NCBI RefSeq assembly: GCF_006345805.1
Contig: NC_043011.1
Span: 62,508,464-62,572,463, forward strand
Direction of reading: 5' to 3'
DNA from: Octopus sinensis
Taxonomy: Eukaryota
Length of the DNA: 64,000 nucleotides
A program made the translations under genes and the position numbers. The notes under the pieces are model-generated. The model was not told the DNA's origin, did no database searches, and saw nothing but the letters and a program-made list of their open reading frames with translations. Position 1 is the stretch's first letter; each line of letters begins with the position of its first letter. Shown in pieces: positions 1-13,139 of the stretch.

Positions 1-324
1 ATCATTATTAAAAACAAGGAATAACAACAAGAGAAATAAGAAAAAAAAAGTTATGTCGACTTTACAATATCTTCTCTACATGATGTTTCTATAGAACAAT
101 GCTACTCAAAGTGGTGGTCGTGGATAGGTGGGGATACGCGGTGGGAAAAGAAAGGAACATTGTAAAATGCGTATGTAATATTGTATTATTTATTTGTAAA
201 ATACATATAAGGTAAAACAAATTGTCAACTTTTCTTATATTCATTATATAAATTGTTTCCGGTATAAATAATTATTACCAAGAAATATTACCGATCCCTA
301 GCACATTGGAAAAAAAACTGCTAG

Positions 325-447
325 TTCGTCACATCAGACAGTTTGAGAAGCACTGCTGAAGAAGACGAGAAAATCACTCGTATACTTTGGGATGTGATCA
401 TCAGTGACGATAAAGCAATGTTAGATAATTTCTATTTTCATTATTTT
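325..447 (+). CDS. Candidate coding exon, product unknown
   Basis: Open frame FVTSDSLRSTAEEDEKITRILWDVIISDDKAMLDNFYFHYF ending at donor |GTGAGT. Acceptor is weak. Confidence 0.2.
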
Positions 448-2070
448 GTGAGTTTGTGTGTTTTAGACTTAAAGCGTATAATTTTTGGAAATGTATTCAA
501 AAATATCGAATTAAGAGTATGTATAATTTTGTTCACTAATATCAGTTTTTTGTCTTCTTATTTATTCTCCTATTGGTATAATCCTGAAATATTAATCTAG
601 AATTACTAATTTTGTTTTTCAAGTGAAGAAAAATTATTTTACAAATATTTCTTTGGTTTTGCTTTTAATTTGTTTTCATTACTTGTTTTTGCAGTGTTAC
701 AAATTTACGTTCATGATCCTTTAGAGAATTATAATTTTTTTTCTGCTTTCTGTATTAACACCGGAAGCTAAATATTGGAATTTCTATTCATTAAATTTAA
801 TATCTTGAATTTAATATCTTAAATTTAATTTCTTATACTTGCTTTAATTATTAAAAGTATTGAAGTGTAGTAGCTAATTTTGTATGGTTTCTAAATACTG
901 AACAATAACACTTTTCCAAGTATGTTACTAGACTAATTTATATTCTTAATATTTCTAAAATATGGTATTTAAGGGTTTTGAATTTTATATTCTTCAACCT
1001 TATGAAAATTCAAACAGTTTTCTTTTCGTGTTGCTTCTGAAAGCATTTCATGATTCTAAAGACAATTGTTTTATTTAATGAATTTATTTCACCGTTTAAG
1101 TCGGAATGGTAAGCCTTCTGGTAGAATTTCTTAAGTAGGTAATCTTTGTCGCCTACACTTAAATTCTATTTTCGTCGCTCTAACATTTTTGAGGATTCAC
1201 GGTTCTGCTAAAGAATTTCCTTTAATCCCCATAACCTAATCTCAGTAGTTCATGATTTCAATTATATAACAATTAATTTCAAGTCGTCCACTTCAGGGAA
1301 GCCAGCGACTCATGGCTATATTTCTCTTTCTTTCCTTCTTTCTTTCATTCTGTATTATATGGACAGAACAGATAAGTAGATAATTATATAGATAAATGAC
1401 CATACACACATGCATACATATATTTATATATTTGTATATATATATATACATATATATAATTATATAAGTATGTATATATGCATATATGTATATATGAACA
1501 TAAACATAATAATATTTTGTATATATATATGTGTGTGTGCGTGTGTGTGTTTGTGTGTTTATGTGTGTGTGTTTGTGTGCGTGTGTGAGAGAGAGAGGGG
1601 AGAGAGAGAGAGAGAAATTGGACTGACGACAGTTAGTGCTTCCACCCACAGTTGCTTTCGTAGTAGGGGAGAAAGAGAGAGAGAGAGAGAAAGAGAGTTT
1701 ACTAAGAAACAAAAAGAATGGCGAAGTTTCCCTTTAAGAGGAGAGAAACGCACAGGGTTTATATGATGCACATACATATATGCATAGCACCATATATGGA
1801 ATGCATCGGTGGTGACATAAGAACCAAGGTAGTAGAAATAAGAGACACACCCACTTAGTAACGGTTGTATAAGCACACACACATACACATACACCCATAC
1901 ACGCAGGCACGCATGCACTCACTGTTACACGCTCACTCACACACACACATAAATACATAGATTCAGCGCACATACACAGTTCTATGTGTGCATATATCTA
2001 TTTATATATATGTATAATAGTATAACATATATGTGTATATATATATATATGTGTGTGTGTATTATTTTAT

Positions 2071-2428
2071 ACTTTTATTTGTTTTAGCTACTTGACTGCC
2101 GCCATGCTGGAGCACCGCCTTTAGTCGAAACAATTGACCCCAGGACTTATCCGCTGTAAGCCCAGTACTTATTCCATCGGTCTCTTAGCGAACTGCTAAG
2201 TCACGGGGATGTGAACACACCAACATACACACACATACACACACACATACACACACACACATATATATACGACGGGCTTCTTTCGGTTTCTGTCTACCAA
2301 ATCCACTCATAAGGCTTTCGTCGGCCCGAGGTTATAGCGGAAAACACTTGCCCAAGGTACCATGCAGTGAGACAGAACCCGGAACTATGTGGTTGCTAAG
2401 CTACTTACCACACAGCCACTCTTGCGCC
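2071..2428 (-). mobile_element. SINE family B, full length
   Basis: Reverse complement of the 23095 copy throughout. Confidence 0.85.
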
Positions 2429-2443
2429 TATATATATATACAT

Positions 2444-2477
<34 letters not shown>

Positions 2478-2479
<2 letters not shown>

Positions 2480-2765
2480 TATTAGTGAATTGAAGAAATG
2501 GAGTTGAACGAAGATTGAACAGAAATCGTTTTATTGCATTCTACACGTGTTTCGAAAGGCACAATTTACCAATTTCTGTTCAATTTTCGTTCAACTCCAT
2601 TTCTTCAATTCACTAATAATATTAAAATTCAATTATCCGCACAACGCACGGTTGCAACACCATATGGTTGTACCTCCAACCGTGCTGTCTTCTGCTGTGA
2701 TTTTTGCTACCAAGGTATCGGTTAAACTTTTGATTAATCTGCAACAAGATTATTCATCTTTCTAT
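2478..2765 (-). mobile_element. Fold-back repeat (49-bp inverted arms), probable Penelope-like terminus
   Basis: 2478-2526 and 2572-2620 are reverse complements with one mismatch. The spacer reads GAAACACGTGTAG on - (palindromic ACACGTGT). 2660-2735 (-) is homologous to 5770-5840 (+). Flanked by (TA)n. Confidence 0.55.
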
Positions 2766-2771
2766 TTCGCA

Positions 2772-2827
<56 letters not shown>

Positions 2828-3330
2828 GTAGTAGTTGAATAATACTTTTAAGGCCTCACTGTACTCACTCTTTCAGAGCTTGTCACTATTCAGTTTTTAA
2901 CTAAATGGCAAGCCTGTAACGGTTTTATGAGGACCTATCCCTAGCTACATTTTTGTATAAGAAAATCGAGATTTGGTCCAGTAGAAAAAAGTTTACATCA
3001 AATTTGTATCGATGTTATACGAGATTAAGTAACGCCACCTGTCAAGTATAGATGTGAATAATATTTTTTTTTGAAAGCAAAACATATTTATCTTAAATTC
3101 AATGATATAAGAAAGTGTGAAGGATTTCATAGTTTTGATTTCCTGCATCCAAAATTTGTTCCAAAAAATTGTGAGCTAAAATATTCTGATAAAAATGTAC
3201 GGCAAAAAATTGGATTTAAGTATACTTAATTTCTTTTATTTTAAAACTAAACTATATTTTAATTAAGCTTAAATGATAGAGCTCAGCTCGAAGAATTTCA
3301 TGGTATCAATCTCATGTAATAAAGTTTTAG

Positions 3331-3445
3331 GAGAAAAAAGTTATGAGTGCTTGTTTCTCAAATTTGAGGGTGATAATATAGTGCAATACCCTTTTATGGA
3401 TATAGTTGAGAGGGACTTTGGATATATGTCACCGGCATCACTGAG
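3331..3445 (+). CDS. Candidate coding exon, product unknown
   Basis: ttttAG| acceptor, strong donor GAG|GTAAGG. Open frame EKSYECLFLKFEGDNIVQYPFMDIVERDFGYMSPASL. Confidence 0.25.
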
Positions 3446-3531
3446 GTAAGGAAATAATTATCAACGACACTGCTAACTGACACATTTGACACACTAATTA
3501 GCATAATAGCATAGCCTGGAAAAAAACATGG

Positions 3532-3832
3532 ATTACACGGGAAAATGCGAGCAAAAGAAATAATATTCTTAATATTATAAACCTGGAAAAGTACAGGACA
3601 AGTTATTACATCTCGTAAAGTACAGAACAAAAAAAGTTTTACTTAAAATATTTAGTATAAGCTTATATTTCTAAATCTACATATTTTATTTGAAACCTTA
3701 TCCTTAGCTGCAATATTCTAAGTAAAAGGTTTCTTGTTCTGTACTTTAAGAGTTGTAATAACTTATCCTGAACTTTTCCAGATTTATAATCGTAAGAATA
3801 TTATTTCTCTTGCTCACATTTTTCCATGTAAT
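3532..3832. mobile_element. Fold-back element with arms of about 110-120 bp (MITE-like)
   Basis: 3532-3644 is the reverse complement of 3720-3832 with scattered mismatches. TA at both ends. Confidence 0.7.
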
Positions 3833-4507
3833 AACACTATGTATAATAGTAATATATATTTGTATATATATATAATATATATATATATATATACGTACAT
3901 CTAAAGGAAAACAGAATCAGAAAGAAAGTTAGGAAGGAAGAGAAAGAGAAAGAAAAGTGTGAGTGTAAGAGAGAGGGAGAGTGAGAATGAGAGAGCGAGA
4001 GAATTCCTATTCATGAAAATAACAAACTCGTCTAAAAATTATTCTGATCATAATGACAGCAATTGTTAATAATCCTGGTCGCAATTTACACTATTCTTCC
4101 TGATCTGCTCATAATAAAGTTCCGCAAAAAAAGGTGTGAAGCAATTTTGTGTTTAATAAACGGCATTCAATAAAAATGATACGAGGGGGTGTTCTAGAAC
4201 GAATCGTTGATTCAGCTTCAGCAGAGATTTCTCAGAATAGTTCTGTGTAATGTGACATGCAGGTGCAGCACATTATTGGTACGTTGTCAGTCAAAATTCC
4301 CATCTTTCGTTTTAATTCCTTCTTCTCGTAGTATTTCCCATTGGTGCGTCCTTCGACGGCTTCAAACTCATGTCAGATTTATTGATTTCGGTCGTTTTTA
4401 CAATAAAGTGTTACCTGCTTTTGATTCAACTGAAATTGAAATTGCTGTGACTGTTCGACTGCGACACCTGTGCCAGAACTATTTTTCCAGTTAAAAGATA
4501 GCTAAAT

Positions 4508-4542
<35 letters not shown>

Positions 4543-4584
4543 CACACACACGGACACACACTTATATAGATAGAGAGACAGACA

Positions 4585-4590
4585 GCAGAA

Positions 4591-4630
<40 letters not shown>

Positions 4631-4707
4631 CCTACCTACATACCTACCTATCTATCTATCTATCTATCTATCTATCTCTCTATCTATACTATCTATCTAT
4701 CTATCTA

Positions 4708-4754
<47 letters not shown>

Positions 4755-4765
4755 CTATTACATAC

Positions 4766-4804
<39 letters not shown>

Positions 4805-4824
4805 CCTACCTACCTACCTACTAC

Positions 4825-4861
<37 letters not shown>

Positions 4862-4862
4862 A

Positions 4863-4923
<61 letters not shown>

Positions 4924-4928
4924 CATAC

Positions 4929-5005
<77 letters not shown>

Positions 5006-5025
5006 AGATCTATCTATCTATCTAT
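4585..5025. repeat. (TATC)n/(TACC)n compound microsatellite
   Basis: Directly visible; about 440 bp. Confidence 0.95.
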
Positions 5026-5059
5026 CTCTTTGTCTTTATATGTATTGTTTTATTGTTTT

Positions 5060-5269
5060 GTTTCATTCATATAACTGTAGCCATGCTGAGGCAACCCCTT
5101 GAAGGGATTTACTCGAACAAATCGACACCAGGACTTATTTTTTAAGCCCAGTACTAAATCTATCAGTCACTTTCGCTGATCCTTTAAGTTACGGGGACGT
5201 AACCACACCAAGCGGTGACGGAGGTACAAACACCAACAGGACACACGCATATAACTGACTTTAGCCACT

Positions 5270-5270
<1 letters not shown>
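5060..5270 (-). mobile_element. SINE family B, 3' fragment
   Basis: actgtagccatgctg..caggacttat..agtact..cggggacgtaacc. Other fragments at 18020-18312 (-), 19945-20105 (+), 34130-34290 (+), 36915-37100 (-), 37770-37935 (+) and 46030-46198 (-). Confidence 0.75.
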
Positions 5271-5311
<41 letters not shown>

Positions 5312-5703
5312 ATAATATATATATATATATAGGTACTATGTCCTGCCTCAAAGCTTTCACTCTACGCACGTCAGCTCAACGTCATTCATCTTTACGACTC
5401 ACAAGACACCTGTTGTTTCCATGTTGCAATTGTGTAACATGTCTCCGTTTTTTGTCTTTGTTGTCGTACACATTCGCTTGCATTCCACCAAAATTTAATG
5501 CTCTAGCTTAGATTTAGGGTGGGGTAGCCAGATGTGAACAGTCTCAAGTGTAACTGCCCGAAAGTGTAAGGATAATTTGGTAACTTGACTGACAAGAGGA
5601 GGCCGCGAATCACCGGTCCTTGTTTTTTTCCTGTCCGTCTTCTTCGCATCGTTTGTCGGTCCAGATGCTTTATTGTCGTCTGTTGCGTTCTTGTTCCACT
5701 TTT

Positions 5704-5741
<38 letters not shown>

Positions 5742-5945
5742 AGTAGTTGATTGAATTATCTTATTAAGGATAATTCAAAAGATAACCGATACCTGGGTAG
5801 CAAATTCACATCAGAAAGAACACGGTTGGAGCTACGTCCCTAGGGCAAAAATTCTTTTTTTTCATGCGGAAATTTGTATGTTTATTTTAAAATTATACGT
5901 ATATGAAAGTTTTTTGTGCATTTTGATGTCGACATAAGTTCCTTG

Positions 5946-6030
5946 ATTTTCCTGATGAGAAATCTGCATAATGTACTCCTTATTCCTTCGGAATTAGGAA
6001 TATGCAGCGTTCGAAACATATGTCGAGAAT
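5946..6030 (+). ncRNA. Minimal type-I hammerhead ribozyme, apparently intact (Penelope-type)
   Basis: CTGATGA at 5952-5958 and GAAA at 6013-6016. Stem II closes with G5959-C6012 (gaa/ttc, then ctgcata/tatgcag). Stem III is GAAAC-ATAT-GTC with self-complementary ACATATGT. Cleavage triplet GTC at 6022-6024. Stem I is attttc (5946-51) with gagaat (6025-30), one G-U pair. Confidence 0.75.
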
Positions 6031-6075
6031 AAAGGATATTTGTTAACTAGTAGTTCAACTCCATTCTTTCATATA

Positions 6076-6166
<91 letters not shown>

Positions 6167-6289
6167 TAAATTACGCTAAGGAATTACAGATATTTGCATT
6201 TTACATTTTGCATTATGAAAGTATTAATCATGATACGTAGGTAATCGTTTCATTTTGTATATTTTCATTTGCCTGACTTATTTTTACAT

Positions 6290-6392
6290 GCTGAGATTTT
6301 TCTTGAGAACACACTCTTCGTAGTAAGGCGATTTGACGTCTATCTTTAGCATATTAGGAATCCACTTAATGGTCATTCCTCTTATTTATTGC
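6290..6392. repeat. Solo arm of the 18757-19052 family
   Basis: ttttcttgagaacacactcttcgtagtaaggcgatttgacgtcta..agcatattagga..ggtcattcctctta matches 18950-19040 and runs into (TA)n. Confidence 0.7.
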
Positions 6393-6447
6393 ATATATAT
6401 ATATATATATATATACGTATGTATATATGTATGTGTGCATGTATATA

Positions 6448-6554
<107 letters not shown>

Positions 6555-7207
6555 CATGTATGTATATATATATATGTGTGTGTATGTGTTTGTATACATA
6601 TACACACCTGTGAACTCATGTCAATTTTACATAGAAGAATTGAAATTTCTGCAGCCAATCAGCTTGCAGCATATTCTAACTTGAAGTGCGCGGGATCAAG
6701 ACACCACCATCGATACGTCTCCTCTCTCTCCTTCTCTCACACTCACCCTCTCTCGATCCTTTACTCCCTTTATCTCTCCTTAATAAGAATTCCTCTTCAT
6801 TATTGCATGAATGCTGATACTACATAAGGACAAAAGTAATTGGCTCTAGAGGGATATTTGAAATGAAATAGCGATCGCTTCACTGACATAATTTGTCGAA
6901 AAATATTCGCACCTTAACGAAAAGTCTAAGAAATATGAATGAAAACCACCCGAGCAGTTTATTCAGATTACTCACTTTCATGCGCACTCTGATGGGGACT
7001 AAACTAGTAATACATATAACCATAACTTCTCGTTCCATAAATCTTTAGTCTTCAGTCCTTCAATCTTTTCCTCTCGCTCTCTTTATCTGTTTATATTTAA
7101 ATATCTATGAATATATGTACACGCGGGCGGACGCAGATACAGACACATACACAGACACACAGAGACAGAGACACACACGCATGCACACATATTTATGTGT
7201 GTAGCTA

Positions 7208-7247
<40 letters not shown>

Positions 7248-7398
7248 AATTGCTATGTTAGAAGAGTCATTACGCTAACGTCAATAATAATAAGCCAATG
7301 TTGATAAGAGTTAACGGTTTAAATTGGGAAACCTTAACCAGAAATGCCATTGTTTATCAATTGCACAATGTGCATAATGCATAAATACATTATGCTCC

Positions 7399-7457
<59 letters not shown>

Positions 7458-7753
7458 TAATAACAATAACATACACAGTTCGCTGAACTACAAAATGAAG
7501 TGCTAACAATAAAGAACCTGTTTGTGTGTGTTATTATTATTGGTGCAATGACTCTGTAAAGACACACAGACAGGCACACAGACACAGGCACACACAAATA
7601 TGTTACAGGTGTTTTATATGCATATGCAATATGCATACATACATACATACATGTATGTATGCATACATATATATGTCTATATATTATCCAAAATTCTGAC
7701 TAGCTCTGTTTTCTTATATAATATCTGTGCAGCACTTTTGATAATCTACACAC

Positions 7754-7802
<49 letters not shown>

Positions 7803-8136
7803 CACACAGACGCATTTCTTCTGAATTTGCACGTCTAAATGTATTTCCGTAACCATTAAGAATTCGAGTGCTCTTAGCAATTTTATGGCGAACGATATAT
7901 ATTTCCACAAAAATTAAAACGAAAAAAATAAATTAATGCAAACACCTTCAGATTTCTGACAGATTATTCCAGTCTTATTTTGCCAAGGAATATTCAAGTG
8001 AAGTCACAGAGATTTTAGTTGTGCTTTGTTGTTTTGTTCACTTTGCGATGTTTCTCTCGTAAAGATGTTCCTATGATACGCTTCTGTTGATTTGCCTCAA
8101 ATTTAGAAATTACAATATATTTCTCTAATAATGGGT

Positions 8137-8461
8137 AAAGACCCCCTTCGCTCATGAATGTCCATGGGACTGCACCTAGAAAGTTTTCCTCCGAGGCCCA
8201 AATGTGGCCACGGTTGTTTATGCAGTCACCCATTCATCCCAGCCCCTCCTCTTTGTTTCACCAATGTTATCCGAGGGAAAATTTAAGGCACTAAATTGGT
8301 ACCAGTGACGTCGCAACTCTTTTCTACAGCTGAGTAAACTGAAACCACGTGAAATAAAATATCTTGCTCAAGAACACAACACACAATCCTGTCCGAGAAT
8401 CGAACTCACAACCTCGTGATTGTGAGTCCGACGCTCTAATCACTGAGTGATGCACCTTACA
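8137..8461 (-). mobile_element. tRNA-derived SINE family C (CORE-like central domain)
   Basis: On -: head with gagttcgattc B-box, then ttcttgagcaaga.attttatttcacg..tttactcagctgtagaaaagag, similar to the CORE domain. Same family at 28547-28850 (+) and 38898-39212 (-). Confidence 0.8.
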
Positions 8462-8476
8462 CACGGACAAATATAT

Positions 8477-8877
8477 CGTTTTCTACTCTAAGCACAAGGC
8501 CCAAAATTTTGTGGGAGGAGGCCATTCGATTAGATGGACCCAATACGCAACTGGTACTTAACTTATCGACCCCGAAAGGATGAAAAGCAAAGTGTGACCT
8601 CGGAGGAACTTGAACACAGAACGCAAAGACAGACGAAATACCTATTTCTTTACTACCCACAAGGGGCTAAACCCAGAGAGGACAAACAAGGACAGACAAA
8701 CGGATTAAGTCGATTATATCTACCCAAGTGCGTAACTGGTACTTATTTAATCGACTCCAAAAGGATGAAAGCCAAAGTCGACCTCGGCGGAATTTGAACT
8801 CAGAACGTAACGGCAGACGAAATATTTCTAAGCATTTCGCCCGGCCTGCTAACGATTCTGCCAGCCCCTCGCCGCCT
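8477..8877 (-). mobile_element. tRNA-derived SINE family A (dimeric form)
   Basis: Head ggcggcgag..tggcagaatcgttagc, B-box ctgagttcaaattcc, central gtcgactttg(g/c)ctttcatcct..ggggtcgat.aa.taagtaccag (resembles the Sauria-SINE/MetaSINE-type central domain). Body present twice. Confidence 0.85.
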
Positions 8878-9664
8878 ACACGGACTAGTCTATCGTTTAC
8901 GTATGTCGTAGAAACACACCATTTATTGTTTGCATGATTACGCTTCAGAAACTGATAGAATGATAAAATGATTTTGGATGCAAAGATTGTGGTGCAGTTA
9001 AAAAGCTTGCTCCATAATCTTGTTGTGTCGAGTTCGATTCGCTGTGCAGGAGTTCGGGTAAGTATTACCTGTCACTCCTTATGTTGGATAACAGTTGACG
9101 ATATATGCTGAGAATCGTTAACCAGCGATGCTATTGTCGATCAATTACACGGATACATCTTAGTCCGCAACAACACTCCAATTGAATGGGCCATAATGCC
9201 ACAAAGACTAAATTGAAAATGATAAAATGGATTCTGTAGTCTGGTGCCATTTAGACACGCCCAGGGCCAATTTTCGCAGAAGCGTATTTATGCTTTCCAT
9301 ACGAACACACACACACTACACGCACACAAACACGCACGCACACACACACAAACACGCACGCACCCACAGACACACACATGCACACACACACACACACACA
9401 TGCACACGCACTATTATATATTTAATACATTTTACTAAAGTACTTAATGCAGTCTCAATATTTGAACAAAGACTTTCTTAAAATAAAAGTTATTAAATTT
9501 GTTAAAAATTTTTAGGAAAAAAGACAGACACGATCTGCGTGTCATTCTTTTTTCCAAGACAGTTTCATGAGAATTAATATCATTTATTTTAAGAAAATAT
9601 TTCTTATGACACACACAGAGACAGATGGTTGCATCTATGTATGTATGTACGCATGTATGTATGC

Positions 9665-9709
9665 ATCTCTCTCTCTCTATCTGTCTATCTGTCTATCTAT
9701 CTATCTATC

Positions 9710-9740
<31 letters not shown>

Positions 9741-9764
9741 CTACCTATATCTATCTATCTATCT

Positions 9765-9812
<48 letters not shown>

Positions 9813-9816
9813 CCTA

Positions 9817-9854
<38 letters not shown>

Positions 9855-9882
9855 CCTCTATCTATCTATCTATCTATCTATC

Positions 9883-9915
<33 letters not shown>

Positions 9916-9917
9916 CC

Positions 9918-9995
<78 letters not shown>

Positions 9996-10011
9996 AATAT
10001 ATATCTAACTA

Positions 10012-10052
<41 letters not shown>

Positions 10053-10053
10053 A

Positions 10054-10128
<75 letters not shown>

Positions 10129-10130
10129 AT
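9665..10130. repeat. (TATC)n microsatellite
   Basis: Directly visible; source of the spurious YLSI ORFs. Confidence 0.95.
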
Positions 10131-10139
10131 ACATGTATG

Positions 10140-10314
10140 GCAACAAACCATCACTTTATCGGGCTGCTACTATATAAATTTATCAGAGATTTAGAAATGC
10201 AATATTTCTAATTATGTATGTATCTATCTCTCGCTTTCTCTTTCTGTGTGTGTGTAAACATATATGTGCGTGTTTGTATGTGCGTTGTGTGGGCGTGTGT
10301 ACAGAGAGAGCGAA

Positions 10315-10353
<39 letters not shown>

Positions 10354-11100
10354 AGACAGACAGACAGAGAGATAGAGAGAGCAACAGAGGGTGGGAAAGA
10401 GAGATATAGACAGACGAAAGTGTAGTGATTTACAGGAGACGGTTTACAGGAGACGTGATGTTCAAATTTTTGCAGAGTAAGATGCAGTAAATCTATATAT
10501 TTATTGTGATGGTATGTTACCAACTTAATGTGACAGTCCCATGGAAAGGAAGAATGCTACTACTATTTAGCCCCAGGAAACACCGTTTCCAGTTGGCCAT
10601 GACACATTTTCTGTGTCCTTATGCTTTCAAAGCGAGGTAAGCATCTCAACCCAGCAAAGCCAGCAACCAGATACTAGTTTCAGAGTCATTGCTCAACACT
10701 AGTCTGGAGTAGTATAAATCTCCCTGAGAGATTTAGACATCTAATATTTCTATTTTCGAAATCAGTGAATTTATTTCACTTGAAATATATATGTTTTCAA
10801 AGGCAAATGAGCATCGATACCTAGCAAGCCATGCTACTCCAGTCTGATGACGAGCAATGACTCTGAAACTAGTCTCCGGCTACTGGTTTTGCTGGGTGGA
10901 GGTGCTTATCTCCCTCTTTGAAAATATAAGGACACAGAAAATGTTTTATGGTCAACTGAAAACGGTGTTTCCTAGGGCTAAATAGCAGTAGCATTCTTCC
11001 CTTTCATGGGACTGTCACATTAAGTTGACAATATACCATCACTTTATTGTGCTGCTACAGTATAAATCTGTCTGAGAGATTTAGAAATGTAATATTTCTA
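10140..11100. mobile_element. Penelope-like pLTR/retrozyme-like fold-back cluster
   Basis: Inverted arms of about 205 bp (10506-10712 and 10834-11040), similar but diverged. Direct repeats of the 'accatcactttat..tataaat..gagatttagaaatg.aatatttcta' segment occur at about 10145, 10710 and 11035. Both arms carry an HHR motif. Confidence 0.6.
10836..10880 (+). ncRNA. Hammerhead ribozyme motif, partly degraded
   Basis: CTGATGA at 10844-50, stem II gag/ctc, GAAAC-TA-GTC at 10865-74 (palindrome ACTAGT). Stem I and the stem II closing pair are mismatched. The inverted copy at about 10666-10709 keeps stem I (ccaga/tctgg) but has a mutated core. Confidence 0.6.
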
Positions 11101-12049
11101 TATATTTATCTTAGTCTCCCTAAGTCTCAGCTTGAAAGTCTTGACAGTTTATTTGCGTAAAACAAAACAAAATAAGGAGTTATATATTTCATCAGCTTAC
11201 GCACGTTTCGGATATATTGGTATTGCATAGGTATGCGATTTATATATTATCCATAGTAATCGAACCATATATAATCTGCTAAGCTTCTACAGAGATCGAG
11301 AAACTAGGTTATGTTGGGGTCAAACTTTCGATCTCGATCAAATAAGGATCGAATAAAACTGCATGATTATTAAGGGACTTATGCGTTATTTTCTGCTTTC
11401 TTCCATATGTATGTATGTCGTTATTCACTTTTATTTCAAGATTTCTACTCAATAGAGAAATAATCGGTTTCTAACCCAGATACAAGATTCCTTCATTAGA
11501 ATTTCAACATCGACCATAGGGTATTTTTCTATGTATGCATGCATGTATGAATATATGTATGTATGTATGCATACGTGGAGATTTGTATGTTCTATGTACG
11601 CATTCTCATGCTTATAGTCCCATATCTAGACATGCTCAAATATATTTAAATGATAAACTTATGAAACGTTTTAGAGATTTTTACAGTCCCAACGATGGGC
11701 TGGATCTTCGACTTAGCTATCTCCTTTCTGGTTTTGAGAAGCCTAATTTCTCAAGATTGGTATTTAGGCAGTTTGCTACGTATGTACGTGTGTATGTATA
11801 TATGTATGTATGTATGCATATATGCATCCATGTATGTGTGTATGTGTGTATATATATGTATGTATATGTATGTACATATATTTTCATTTCACTAAATTTA
11901 TCAAGCTTCTGTGTATCTAGTACATACTTCGCCTTTTAATGTACTTATATATGAATAATATATGGCCTGTGCTAGATCACCGGCGATAATAATTAATTTT
12001 ATTTTATCGCATTTTGACTTTGTTTATATATATACATATATATATATAT

Positions 12050-12090
12050 ACTAGCATTATGACCCGTCGTTGCCGGGTCATAGTGCTAGT
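12050..12090. mobile_element. 41-bp palindrome made of two Helitron-type 3' termini
   Basis: actagcattatgacccg-tcgttgc-cgggtcatagtgctagt: 17-bp arms with one mismatch, CTAG at both ends, and a loop like the Helitron hairpins at 27665 and 49056. Confidence 0.65.
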
Positions 12091-12229
12091 GCATGTATAT
12101 ATGTGTATATATATGTGTACATATTACATGTACATCTATATATATACATCTACACATAAAATACAAAATGCAAAGTTATATCTTGATATCGCTAGTGATA
12201 ACAATACTCAAAATATATAACAGACTGGA

Positions 12230-13130
12230 ATTGTTAGCCCGTCTCTTGTAATATCGATCAATTGTATCTTGTCCTCCCTCTTGCATAGAAGTGTGGCTAC
12301 AATCCAGCCTACCACTACTTCTGGGTGGACATTTTAAATTTTTTATCCGGGACGTCCTACGTCCCAGATATGAAGGTAAAAATAAAATATTTCCACTTTG
12401 CAAGGTTCGAGTTGAGTACTCCCTTGCGCGCTCCATTGATTCGAACCTTGCTTCTATTGTGGCGAATTTACCGCCGCTGGTTAGATACTTGATATCTTTC
12501 ATAGTCACACCAGAACACTTTTCAATGGTGCTTTCCTCCAGGTGTTCAAATCTTTTTTTTCTACATTGTATACTTTATAGACAATAGTCTTTAATTTAAC
12601 TTTTTATTTCGTTTGGTGGTGTTATCCTAGATTCACCGTCTTTGTCGGTGATCAATCCGAAATAGGTTTGTATTTCTTCCATTCTAATTTTAATGAGTTC
12701 GCGCCCGCCGACGGCTGCAGCGAAATTAATTTTTGGACTTTCTTCTATCGAAGGCATCCTAACAGAAATGCTTCTGCGTAAACGGTGAAAATATTGTCAA
12801 TTTCCCCAAACAGGGACACAATTCAATTTTTAAACAATAACCAAAGCTCCTTCTCCCCATGGGGGAGGGTTACAGTTTACAATTATTTAACAAATGCAAC
12901 ACAACAACGTTTCCCTTACGAGGAACTAACAAACGTGATAATAATAGTTAAAACAGTAATAATAATAACAACAAACCTTACGGTGAATCAAAAAGCAGTA
13001 CGCAGTTGAAGCTTTAGTCCTTTATGTATAAGAAATAAACCAACAGCAGTACTCAGTAGCAGCGGCTGTTCGAGAAAACAGACATTACATACAGCCGAAC
13101 TTCATATAGATACTTCATGCTAGCTAATTA
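12230..13130 (-). mobile_element. 5' fragment of a non-LTR retrotransposon (5' UTR plus disrupted ORF1, Tx1/L1-like)
   Basis: ATG at 12757 (-): MPSIEESPKINFAAAVGG.. ('FAAAV' is common near LINE ORF1 starts). After a stop and frameshift: ..TIEARFESMERAREYSTRTLQSGNILFLPSYLGRRTSRIKNLKCPP, an RRM-like ORF1 pattern. Family assignment is from memory of motif patterns. Confidence 0.5.
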
Positions 13131-13139
13131 GGAGATAAT

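Noticed and set aside
2770-2830. Recurrent TT/AA phase shifts inside (TA)n tracts throughout the window
   Set aside because: Most simply explained by slippage or by sequencing/polishing error in AT dinucleotide runs. No structure can be inferred.
8534-8937. Recurrent peptide 'RNWYLFNRPRKDESQSRPRRNLNSE' in many ORFs
   Set aside because: It is the antisense reading of SINE family A, not a protein family.
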